NCBI GenBank assembly: GCA_023213395.1
Contig: CM041465.1
Location: forward strand, 248,565,741 to 248,629,740
Origin: Cycas panzhihuaensis
Taxonomy: Eukaryota > Plantae > Cycadophyta
Direction: 5' to 3'
Length of the DNA stretch: 64,000 bases
Shown: piece after piece, positions 38,136-49,900 of the stretch
How the letters are laid out: every line of letters starts with the position of its first letter
How positions within the stretch are numbered: the stretch's first letter is position 1
Position numbers and translations under genes: made by a program
The notes under the pieces: model-generated
Seen by the model: only the letters and a program-made list of their open reading frames with translations
What the model was told of the DNA's origin: nothing
The model's database searches: none

Positions 38136-41100
38136 TAATGAATTACACATTATGAGGGGGTGATAAAAATAATGTGCATTTCATTATATTATTATGTGCA
38201 CTTAATAATGTTAATAATATGCACTTTATATTAGTGGGTTAACTAATGAGAGGTTAATTTCTCTCACATAACTTTCTCAATTCCTTGACATACTTATTAA
38301 ATTGATAAGTGAATCATTATCTCATTACTTATTTTTAAACAAAGAACTTTGAGGGTGATTGCATTGGAGCTTTGGAGTAGATATGAGCATGTATTGTAGA
38401 TGATTTAATATAAGCAAGTTTTTATTGTTATCACTTCTATAGTCTCTCAATTTTCATGATATCTTTTGAAGTTTCTATAGAGTCCTATTATCAATTTCTC
38501 TAATAACAACTAGTTAGTAAAGTTAGCCAAGGTGTCCCTACCATCATGTAGGCCTATTTAAAGGCATTAATTGGAGATAAGAAGGAAAGTTTTAACCATA
38601 TTATTTTGAACCACATTATAGTATCATCATATTTATTTATATCCCATGTATAATCAAGGTGTTCCACTAGTAATATAAGTACTTCCTATCGTAGCACACT
38701 AAGTCAATGAAACCATCATCTAATAATTTTTGGTAAAATATCTTTGAATTAACAAATTTAGTATAAATTTATAGTATATTGCCTTGGATGTGAATTCCAC
38801 TCCTAATACCAAATAGGTAGCATAATGTACCTCCCTAACCTTGGTAAATAATTTGGAAGCACATAAGAGTGTTTTTATAATAGTGAGTAGTTCTTAAGTC
38901 AAATCCCCTTTTTACCTTCTTCTCCATTTGTATAAGCTACATCAACTTGACAATTCTCTTGATCTCCTCTTATAGCCTTGATGGCTAAAATTTCCTTAAT
39001 GGATATATGCCTATTTCTCCTTAGATAAGTTTAAAATAACATTCTTCTTTACAACCTTTTAGTCCCTTCACCTGCTGAAGATGATCTTAAATCTAAAGAT
39101 TTAATCTTACTTATCTCTTCTTTCACCACTATTGATATTGCTAACGCTCCATATTTAAGTCCCTTTACTATTCTTGTGATCTCAGTCATGCTTTGAAGTC
39201 CATTAAATATACATAAGTAATTATACCCCTTCAAAATTCATTCATTATTTTTTTGAATAACTTTGGATCTACTTTTAAAGACCTTTTATAGTTTTAGTAT
39301 GTTCAACTTTTCTGGTTTAATTATTTCATTATCTTTATTTTCTTAGTTGTCTTGACCATACTGTATATTGCTCACTTGCTAACTCTCATCATTTTTTCTT
39401 TACAATGTTAATTATTTAAAGTTAGTCTTAAACAATATAGAATTAGACTTTGGTATAAAGAGAAAAAAATTCTAAAACATCCTTTTCAGTTTGAGAACAA
39501 ATATGTAAGGCTAATTTGGGCACTCATAGATGGTGTTCATTGAATTATCTATTTAAGGGGTCACCTAACAAATAGAAATTTTTAGTTTAAGAAGGATTCC
39601 TTAAATATTATTAGGAACTAGCATTTAGACCATAAGGAGACATAACATTAGAACATTAACATCAATCCACTCATCAAATCTTAGAAGACTATGTCATAAG
39701 ATTTGGCCTCAATAAGAAAAATCCTAAACCATGAAATTTATCCTAGTCAATACAAAATTGGCCTACAAACTCTGGATGATGAATATGTCTAGAATGTTAA
39801 TATGTTTCTCTTTTTAAATTCTCTAGTAAATCTAGGCTCACAATATGAAGTTATTCCCTTTCAAATGGTATTTTATACCTATCATTATTTGATATCCAAT
39901 CCTTTGAGCTTAAACCTTCATTTTGATATTGCCTTATCATAACCTAGTCATGATATCAATGACAATGGCTATTAATTTAGTCTATTGTCACCCTATCAAA
40001 TATAGCAACTCGATACTCCCCAATCACAAACTTAAATAATATACCAAAAATTTTACTAGCTAGAATTCTCTAATACTAGCACATATGTAATATATTAATG
40101 ATAATAGAATTCAATAAAAACCATTGCCATAATATCATAAATAAAGAAATTATCTTTTAAGTGGGAAAACCAAATTACTTGCATATTCACCATATAACCA
40201 AGTGGAACTCTAATCTTGAAATTCCATCCATGAGCTAGGGCATTGATAAGAATAAAAAAGTACTACTTCCTCAACTCTAGGCTCTTAGTTAATTACTAAG
40301 TCATCACAAGAATAACATAATGGCTTAGGATAGTAATATGGCTCACACTAATAACATCATGGTTTATAATAATAGCTCTATGACCCCTAATAATATCACT
40401 ATCGATTAATAATATTGTTAGCAAGATGCACATGATGGAATCATACTATACTAGGAAAACCTTGACATCCCACCAAGACTAGGAAATTACCTTCATACTG
40501 AGATATGTTTCATATTATATGCCACCTTGGTATGATGAAATCCTATAGTACAATACCTAGATTTGATAACATCTTAATTTTTGCAATAAAACAACCAAAT
40601 CTATGGAGTCATAGTAGGGCCTAGACACATGGCATAATACCATGTCAAGACTATCTACAAATATCAATTATGACATCCCACCAAGCCTCTTAGTTTCTCG
40701 TAAAGGTTAGGCACTTGAACTAATAAACAATAATAATCTATGGTAAGAAAAGGTAACAACATCCTTATATTTACATGTGTTTCACACTATATTCCACTTT
40801 AAATCATCAAAATCCCTTTGAGTTAAGTAAAGGTTTAGTAGTTATACCTATATGATATACTATAGCAAAACCCTCTTGGTTCATGGAGCCATACTATGAT
40901 TACTGATACAAGAGTAGTACCACCCTTATTTTAGCATAAGTCCCATACTATATTCTAAATTAAATCACCAAAACCTATCTTATTCCCTCTTCATAAGTAA
41001 AGTATGCTATAATGACAACCAACCTAATAATCCAACCTACTCATTCTCTGTAAGTAAAGGTCATTTCTCATATTCTAGCATATGTTTTTTATCCCTAGAT

Positions 41101-42059
41101 TATTATGTTATTCAAAAAGAGAAAAGTAGCAATAAAAATGTAATTGTCTAAGACTATCTAAGCTCAATTAATATTCATGCAATGGAAATAGAGAATCAAT
41201 GAGTTACACACCATACTAATAGTTTAAAAAGTTCTAATTTCTAACATGCACTAAGTATTTCTATCATTCATTAAGACTACTTATAATATAAAAAGGAGAA
41301 CTCCATAATTCAAATTTCTTCATCAATTTATATAAAATCTCTCAACAAATAGTTATATATGCCAATAATCCATCTAATATTCTTATAACATATTTATATG
41401 AGAAATAGACAACTGACCTATTTTTTTCTATGAAAAAATAGATTAGTCAAAGGAATTCTCCACCTAACCTTTCAAAACTCATCACAAGAGTTATGCCTGA
41501 CTTGAGGAACGTGATATGAACATCATAAAACTTACAATAATAATAATACAACATTCTATTAGAGAAAATATTAGTTTAAAATAAAAGGCTCAAACCACAC
41601 ATAAGTCTCTTATCAATGGCTTTACATCATGCATGGAATCATACCATATGGTATACCAAATATAAAATTAATTCATTGGATTTACACCATGTAAATTTTC
41701 CTAGATATTAGACCCATAACATCATACTATAATAACACTATCCAAACTCTTCCTATTATAAACTTAAGAAAAGATCTTCTCAAGTCTTCAACATTATACT
41801 ACTAAAAATTTAGGTAGAATACACTCTCCCAAATATATATGAGAATAGGTCATGTATATGAAGTTTTGCTTCCCCTAATGAATACATGAATATCACAAAA
41901 ATTATGTATCTCCATTTCTCATCTTGATAATCCCAATAAAGAAGTAGTCAACTTAAAATAACCCACCTTTTTATTTTTAGCAAGTAGTTACTACTCCTCA
42001 ATAGGCCAAGGAGGATATAGTAGAGTGTAGAGAATAGAGGGTAACTCTCTAGATAAGAT

Positions 42060-42956
42060 GATGTCTCTTGAAGTTGGCCCCTCATAATAGAGGAAGGAAG
42101 ATTGAGTCCCCAAGTAAGGTGCATGCATGGAACATAAGGGGTTTAAACCCCATCTTTAGTTTGATTTGAGTTCTCTCTTTAAAGAGTTTGTCTCTTTTAA
42201 TGCATGTGGTCTTATATGCTAATACTTTACTCTATGGTCATCGCCCAGGTTTTTAGGTATGAATTCAAATCAATTGAGTTTATTTAATCTTTCAAGAATC
42301 TAAAATCTACAATATTGGTTATGGTTTCTTTATGGTCCTTTTTAAGAATTCTAGTGATAAGATTACAATTTTTGACAAGGGTCCTTGGTTTATGGCTCAA
42401 TATGGGTTATTTATGAAAATTTGGGAGAAGTCATTTGACCATCATCAAGAAATCCCTAGTTCTATTATGATTTAGTTTAAATTCCCATTTTTCCATTGTA
42501 ATATTAGAGTGACAAGGCCTTTTAGGCTATTGGATCATCCCTAAAACAATATCTTAATAAAGCAAAAGTTACTTTATCTTCAAGAGTTATTTTGTCTACT
42601 TAGATATGCATTAAAATGGACATCAAGGAGGGTCTCCCAAATTAGGTAAAGATGATTATGGAAAATTATCTTTAGATAAAGGACATTGATTATGAGCAGG
42701 TCCCTTTTAAGTGTGGATCTTATCATCAATATAGATAATTTATCCATGAATGACCTCAGAAGAGTGTCACATCCACCTGACTATGAATTAGGTAAGTGAT
42801 GAAGGGTTTATTTTAGTGAAAAATAAAGGTTTTCATAGAGTTGGTTATATTAAGGGTCAAGAACCATACTAAAAGGGAGTACTAGAGAATATGTTTCAAA
42901 TTTAGATTGTGATAAGGTTGATGATAATGAAGACTTTGATGCAGGGCATGAAATTG
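42060..42956 (+). mobile_element. L1-clade LINE ORF1 remnant (DUF4283 + zinc knuckle)
   Basis: GYGFFMVLFKNSSDKITIFDKGPWFMAQYGLFMKIWEKSFD...AIGSSL...ICIKMDIKEGLP...IDYEQVPFKCGSYHQYR*FIHE*P. Confidence 0.88.
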
Positions 42957-43333
42957 TGTTGGGGTTAATGATCATCACCCCACTCCCACCTTTCACCTAG
43001 GAGTGCACACCCCACTCCCACCAATTTATAAATGTGGGTGCTCACATGTGAAGGTAACTATAAGGTAAGGTTAAAGTTAATCTAAGTTAAGTTCATTTGA
43101 GTTAAATTATGTAATATTTTATTATTGTTTAAATTCTAGGGATTGAGGAGTTTCCCTCCTCCCCCAAATTATATATTTAGAAGGGTGTGAAACCCCGGTG
43201 TCTTTAGACACCGCCTACATTTAGAGATTTGCTATGTACTCACTCATCATGGATTGAATATAAAAGATTTATATGTTTTATGCTACAATGGTTTTGGCTA
43301 TGTGATTATGCTCTTCCCTATCTCCATCATTCT

Positions 43334-43420
43334 ATATTCCTTCATCTAGTATCACAGCTTGGTTTAGCTCCTTCATCTGGTATTAGAGCTTGGTTTAGTT
43401 CCTTCATCTAGTATCAGAGC
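43334..43420 (+). repeat. 31-bp tandem repeat of LTR end + PBS (three PBS copies)
   Basis: CCTTCATC-TRGTATYASAGC-TTGGTTTAG units, with PBS copies at 43347, 43378 and 43409. Confidence 0.9.
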
Positions 43421-43611
43421 ATAGATTGCTGGCCTATTAAAGTTTTTTTTGAGGAGAAAGAAGATTCATTAGAATTTGAAGCAAATTTACTTATAGAGAA
43501 GAAATATTGGTTATATTTGTCTTTTACAAAGTTTATTAACAGTTTCTTATATTTTTTTTATTGGAGATCTAATTATTCTTGATTTATACTTGTGAAATAA
43601 TAAATATTTTT

Positions 43612-44060
43612 TCAAATCTGTATAGGAGCATAGCTATAATAAGCAAGTATTCAAGTTTTATCATTCTACAGAGTTCTTATTAACAAAGCTTTTACATATT
43701 TTTTGTCAAATACTTGGCCATTTCTAGCATATTTTATCTATTTATTTAATACTTTTTAAGATCTGTGTAGGAGCATAGCTGCAATCAACAAATATCAAAT
43801 ATTTATCACTCTATGAAGTTCTTATTAACAAGTTTTACATATTTTGGTCAAATACTTGGCTATTTCTGGTATATTTTATCTATTTATTTAATATATTTTT
43901 TAGATCTATGTAGAAGCATAACTATAATCAGTAAATATCAAAGATCTATCACTCTATGAAGTTCTTATTAATAAGTTTTATATTTTTTTATTAAATATTT
44001 GACCATTTTTGGTATATTTGGTCTATTTATTCAAGTTTTTCTCTAGATTTGTGTAATATT
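43612..44060. repeat. ~144-bp tandem repeat, about three copies, in the copia leader
   Basis: AGATCTGTGTAGGAGCATAGCT...GTTCTTATTAACAAG...TCAAATACTTGGC recurs near 43616, 43761, 43904 and partially at 44047. Confidence 0.85.
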
Positions 44061-44354
44061 TTCTCTAGATCTGCATATTTTATTAAATATTTAACCATTT
44101 TTTGTATATTTTACTCTATTCATTTAATATTTTCTTTTAGATCTATGTAAGATTTGGTACATATTTAGCCTAACAAGCTTTTTGGAGAAGTTATACTACA
44201 GTAGATCTGTCTACTGGAAGAATCTGAAGTCTATCTTTTGTAAATTTGTCACAGTTGCATTATCAAGTTCTTCGTATTTTTTATATTCAGATATAAACAT
44301 ATATATTTCTTGGTTCTTTGATATATCTGCTCCAGTATATTTGAAAGATTTTAG

Positions 44355-44378
44355 ATATATATATATATATATATATAT
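44355..44378. repeat. (AT)12 microsatellite
   Basis: Perfect dinucleotide run. Confidence 0.9.
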
Positions 44379-46429
44379 TACTTATTTGATATATTTCTCT
44401 CAATATATTTAAATTTTTTTGGTTTCATTTTTGGCTTTCCCCTAATGTTAATTCATCTGCAACCATGTTAGAGAATGCTTCAATAGTTGCAGCAATCTCA
44501 CCAACCGAATCTCCTAATGCACTGTCGTAAGGAGGAGCGATAGAATCTCTACTAGTAAATAAATTTCAAAGAAGAAGAAATTACTATAGAAGGCATCCAT
44601 TGACCAACCCTTTTTCATTTTTTTTTATATAAAAAAAAATTTATAATTATGCGTAATAAGTGCGCCTCTATATGGATCCTTTTTGATCGATCTATTTATC
44701 ATTTTATCATTCTCTAGTTTGCTGGTTTGACAGCACCACGGTGGCATCATGGCAGATCTTTCATTATTATTTTTATTTTTTTTATAAAGTTAATTTTTTT
44801 TTAATTATATTGGATAATATTTGAAATCTCGGGTTTAAAGAGTGTTAGCCCCCCTTGAGACTTAGCCCCTGGTCACATCCCTTTTATGTGACCGTTAGTT
44901 CATTGTTAAAAGGGCTAATTCAATCTTTATAAAACTTTTTCTTTTTTCTTTTTTTAATTTTTCATTAAACATGGGGTACCTGGCTAATTTTAGCTATATC
45001 TCTTGACTAAGTCATCAGTTTTAGATGAAACCTATCTCATTGCGTCTAAAATTTTCTGAGGTATAATTTTGACTGATCATATGCCATATTTGGAGTTGAC
45101 TTGACCACTTTCAATCAGTTTAAAGTCAGTCATTTATTTTTAAAGCTTTTTTAAATTATTTTCATAAAATCTCTTTTTTATTAGATTATATTTTATCACC
45201 AGGAGATTCTTTTCTACCCAAATCTACTTTGCAACCATCTATTTTCAATGAAATTTATCACTATCTACTTATTTTATTATTTAGCATTTGTTTTAATCAT
45301 TATTTTAATCGGTGAAAGTGACACTTTAGTGTTTTTAGCATATTTACATAAAAAGTCCTAGCATTTTTAGTTATATCTTCTCAACCAGAAATCAGATTTC
45401 AAAACCGTAAGATTCGTTTGACTCAATATATTATAAGTTTGAGTAGGTCAAAGTTGACCTTGTTTTTGTTCCATATTTTATTAACCTTAAAAGAACACTT
45501 TTTACAGTTTCTTTAATATCTTGAGATTCATAGCTTAGAATTGAGTATCGTCTAGTTTTGGTAAAATATTTTTTAGATATATATAATTTTAAGTTATTTT
45601 TATTGTATTTTGAGTCTATTTTGTAAGTGCTCTAAGCCTCCAAAGTTGAGGTATATAACAGTTCTTAATTTATGATTATTACAGATTTTTTATATATTAT
45701 TTCTCAAAGTTTTCAACTAAAAAGTATATTAAGCATCTCTTTAAACTATATTTGATTATTTTACAGTATTATATAAGTTTTTTACTAGCATTTCATATAT
45801 TTTGAGCCATAGGCTCCTGTTACACTTCAAAAAGAGGACTACATCTTTGGTACATTAAATCTTGAGTTTTAGGAATCTGTTCTCAAAACAGTCAGTTTTG
45901 TTGAATAGATATTTCATCAATCTTCAAATTGGTGTAATTTCAATTTATTTTGACACTGTTTAGTACAACTTTGAAGCTGATCAACTTGAGCATTCAAGAT
46001 ATCCAATCAGGCTTGTCTTCTAAACACTTTCTTAAGGAGTACTTTATTTTATTTCTTATTGATCACTTTGATGGAGCTGGAGGAGTATAGCAGGACTTCA
46101 GAAAGATTGCATCTTGAGTAAATTGGTGATTTTCGATAGTTAGCAGTGTTAAAAAATACTAAGGAGGTATTCCCACCCTTTAAATAGTGATTTTGGGGAG
46201 GTAGCAAGCGCCATCAGCCTACCTACACGTTAGCCAACAGATAATTTAAAATATATTAAAAAATTAAAAATAATAAATGAAAACGCGTACCTTAAGAAAG
46301 TGGTGTCAACTCCTGGCGAATATTGGCAGGGTCAAGGTGCCCTAGGGTCCCTCAAAGGTGGATTTGAAGGGCCCTAAGCACACATGTGCTTTAATGACAT
46401 TAGGATTATTCACAACATTCTCCTCCATA

Positions 46430-46998
46430 AGCCCAATGTGTATGACTCCCAAATTGTCTTTGAACTTCTTGAATTTAATCTTTCCCAAAGCTTTTGTAAA
46501 ATAATCTGTTGTTTGATTTTCGGTGCTACAATAAGTCAATTCTATCTCATCTGCTTGTACAAGTTCCCAAATGAAGTGGTATTGGGTTTCGATATACTTT
46601 GTTCTGCCATGGAATAGAGGATTTTTGGCTATTTAAATAGTGCTTTGATTGTCATACCAAATTCTAGTGGGAACTTGTTGTTTAATCTGAAAATCCTATA
46701 AAAGTCTTCTTAACCATATTGATTCATAGGCTCCTAAAACTGCAGCTTTATACTCTGCCTTGGCTATAGATAAGGAAACGGTATTTTGTTTCTTTGTACT
46801 CCAAGCTACTGCTATTAATCCCATACTGAATACATAACCCATGGTAGACTTTCTATCATCAACATCACCAGCCCAATCTGAATATGTGTAACCAGTTAAC
46901 TAAAATTTGGATGTGGCTTTTTAGTATAACCTAAAATCTAGAGTCCCTTTAAGGTATTTAAGGATTCTTTTGGCAGCTTACCAATGAGATGTCTTTGG
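46430..46998 (-). pseudogene. Copia RT end and RNase H (3' part of the split pol)
   Basis: SHW*AAKRILKYLKGT, GYTYSDWAGDVDDRKSTMGYVF, AWSTKKQ, AEYKAA, TKYIETQYHFI, NQTTDYFTKAL. Confidence 0.93.
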
Positions 46999-49900
46999 TG
47001 TTAAACCTTATGTTTACATGTTAAGATTATGCACTTTATTTTTTCATGTAATATTTGTAAAGTTGTATCTCAGGGGTGACTTATCACTTAAGCGATAAAG
47101 TGCACATCCACATTCTTTCTAGTGACACAACGTTGTCACTAAAGGGTCAAATAGACCCCCATACACTTTTGCTCACATAAAAGCCCCAAAATGACACATG
47201 TCTAACATGCAAGGCATGTACCTTGGATGTTTGACACTTGTCAAACATCCAAGGCCTTAGGTCTCTCATTTCACTCTATATAATGAGACCTCTCCTCTTT
47301 GTCTCATATGGGAGTTGGAGTTGTATTGTTATGCTATCAGTTTGCTAATCAAACTGTTTATTCTTTTAGAGGTTGAACCAATTCTAACCTCACATATTTG
47401 GTATCATTTCTCTTGCTCCTTCATTTTATGCTTTGTCTCTTATGCTTTCTTTTATCTTGAGAATATTATACTTGTTAAGCATTTGTGCTTTCAGGAACTA
47501 GAGTGAACCTAGCTTCTAGATCTTAGGACTGTGAGGCCATTAGGCCTCTTTTCACATTTAGTATCAAAGCAAGATGAGACTAGTTCCCTCTGTTCTACTT
47601 TATAGTTGCTCAAGGAGATTCAAAGAAAGCCTACAAACCCTTGGTGATGACCTTCGCTCTCTGAAGGTGATTTAAGGTTTATTTGAAGACTATTTTTGCA
47701 GGTTCAAGCTGCTGAAGTTTTTTTTTAAAGGCTGTGGACTATGTCTGGGCGATTTTCAACCCTTAGACCCCACTAAGGAACTAAAAATCCTTAGTGCTAT
47801 TTGTATTTAGCTTGTTTTTTGGAAGAAATTAGCTCTCAATCTCTAGTTTATAATCTCAAATTATTTTAAAAAGTTTCTTAGCAGAGTTGAGGTATTTATT
47901 CACTGTTCTTAGTGAATTTTTTATCGAAAATAGAGTTTTTTTTTCACTTGTTTTTCATTAACTAGGTTGGTTGTCCAAGATTTGACCCTGCATGTACCTG
48001 TAATAGAGTCCACAGAAGGAACTCAGTGTGTTGTTGAAGGTTTTTGAACTCTACACAATTGTATGGTAGCCATTTTTCCCTATGACAGGGGCGCCCTCTG
48101 TTTGGCTCTTCTGGTTCGTTCTCTCTCATTGAGCAATTTTAGGTCCTAAAACGTCAAAGGAACCTTGGTACAGGTACTGTGCCCCTATGGCTAAAATCTC
48201 AGCCTGAACATAGCTCTCTGTGAGGAGATCCAAACGTCTAAACCTCCACGGCTGTCACCCAACCTCCACTGTCGTTCAACGATTTTTCGAAATTGTGTTT
48301 ATTATTTTTTTTTTTCAAAAAATTTCTTTTTGAAACTTTATACTTTTAAACATTAGGTTATAAAATGTGGAATATTCACTGAATATTCTCTTCTTTATAA
48401 CTTAAGTTATTCTAAAGTTTTCTTAAAGTCATTAAAAATCCTTTTTTAAAAGCCAATTCCAAAGGTTTTTTAAATGATCTTTTTCATTTAACACTTGCTA
48501 ACTTCACTTTAGTGAAAAAACAACTAGATCAAGCTTTTTTTTAGCATTTTTCTACATCAGAAGTGATTTTTTCTCTTTATTAAGTCATTTTTCTAGTCAA
48601 GGTACTTTGCATAGTGACCTTAGTTTAAATTTTCATAAGAGAAAATTCATCTTTTTTGCACCTTTGGAGCTAAAATTGTCTAAGTATTGAGTGATCTCAT
48701 TAAATCACCAATACTAACTTAAAATCACTTATTTGAAGACTCAAAAATACTCTTGTTTAAGTATTTTCAAAGGCTCCCTGTGTGGTGTCCTTACTGATCA
48801 AGTTGCAAAAAAAAAAATCAAATTTCAGTCTATGTTTCTTAGCTCTTTAAGCTTCTTTTAACACTTAATTAATGTTGCATAAGTGTTAATTGACTTAAGT
48901 GGAGTGATTTTAAGTGTTTTCATATTGTAAAAGTGATCTTTATCACTTTTTTCAAACACATTTTAAAGGCACCTTGCATGGTGACCTATTTCTCTTAGTC
49001 ATAAAAAGGGCTCAAAAAATACTTTGTACTTAATAAAATCACTTCCTTTCTTAATCATTGAGACTATTTTAAAGTCCCAACACTTGGTGCTTAGTGTCCT
49101 ACTTTGCAAGTGGTTCTCTTACCTTCACTTTTGAGCATTAAAAAGAACCCATTTGTATCTTCATCACAAAGTTTTGCCTTGCTTCATTGAGTACTTAAGC
49201 ACATTTTTGAAGTACTTTTTTTTGCAAAACTCATTGTAATCAAGTATCTATTTTTTACTTGGATCTATATAAGCACTACACTTCATTAAGTGCTCATTGT
49301 AATAACACTTTAAGTGTTCATATTGATGTACTAAAATTGCTTCTTTTTGAAGCCACTTTTTCATTGTAAAACTTAATCAAGCATTCTCATAAGTACACCA
49401 TCCAAGTAAAAATAAATCTAAGTTCACTTTAAAAACTTCTAAAAAGTGACTTAAAATCTTATTGGAGAGGTTCGAAAAAGGTTCAAACCTTACCTTTGAA
49501 ATAACCTTAAGCTTGGTGCATTCCCTAGGGGACCAACTGACTGTACAGTCGGTGCACGATAATTAAGGTTACTTGAAGGAAAGGAGGTTCAAAAAGGGTC
49601 TTATTGAGGCTGTGAATCCCAATGAAAGCATGGTACATCTATGTAGATTAACCCTACCTACTTTGTCCTAGTTTTAACTTGGCCAACTATTGGATCTCTT
49701 CTATAGATCAGAGTTGGACCAACTCCATAGCCTAGTCCTCCATCTCTCATCATTCCATTCAGTTGTTAAATCTTCTAGTAAGATCAGGATTGTTGGTTTC
49801 GTTAGAAGGTGGAACTTAAGTGATGAAAGCTTTGAGTTTCCAAGTTATCTGCTAGCTTCAAGCCTCATAAGTGAAACATGACTACTATTAACATGCTTAA

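Larger units (their letters stand above)
32926..38505 (+). mobile_element. Ty1/copia LTR retrotransposon (old, degenerate), 5.6 kb
   Basis: LTRs 32926-33282 and 38161-38505; TSD GCAAT/ACAAC; PBS TGGTATCAAAGT 33283-33294; PPT GAGGGGG before 38161. Confidence 0.93.

Noticed and set aside
38870-42050. Gene or defined element in the AT-rich stretch with faint repeats (e.g. TGACATCCCACCAAG at ~40462 and ~40671)
   Set aside because: No recognisable protein motifs or termini; probably decayed retroelement UTR.
43334-43420. Repeat-spacer appearance suggesting a CRISPR array
   Set aside because: The intervening sequences are near-identical rather than unique spacers, the units are LTR end + PBS, there are no cas genes, and the context is eukaryotic.
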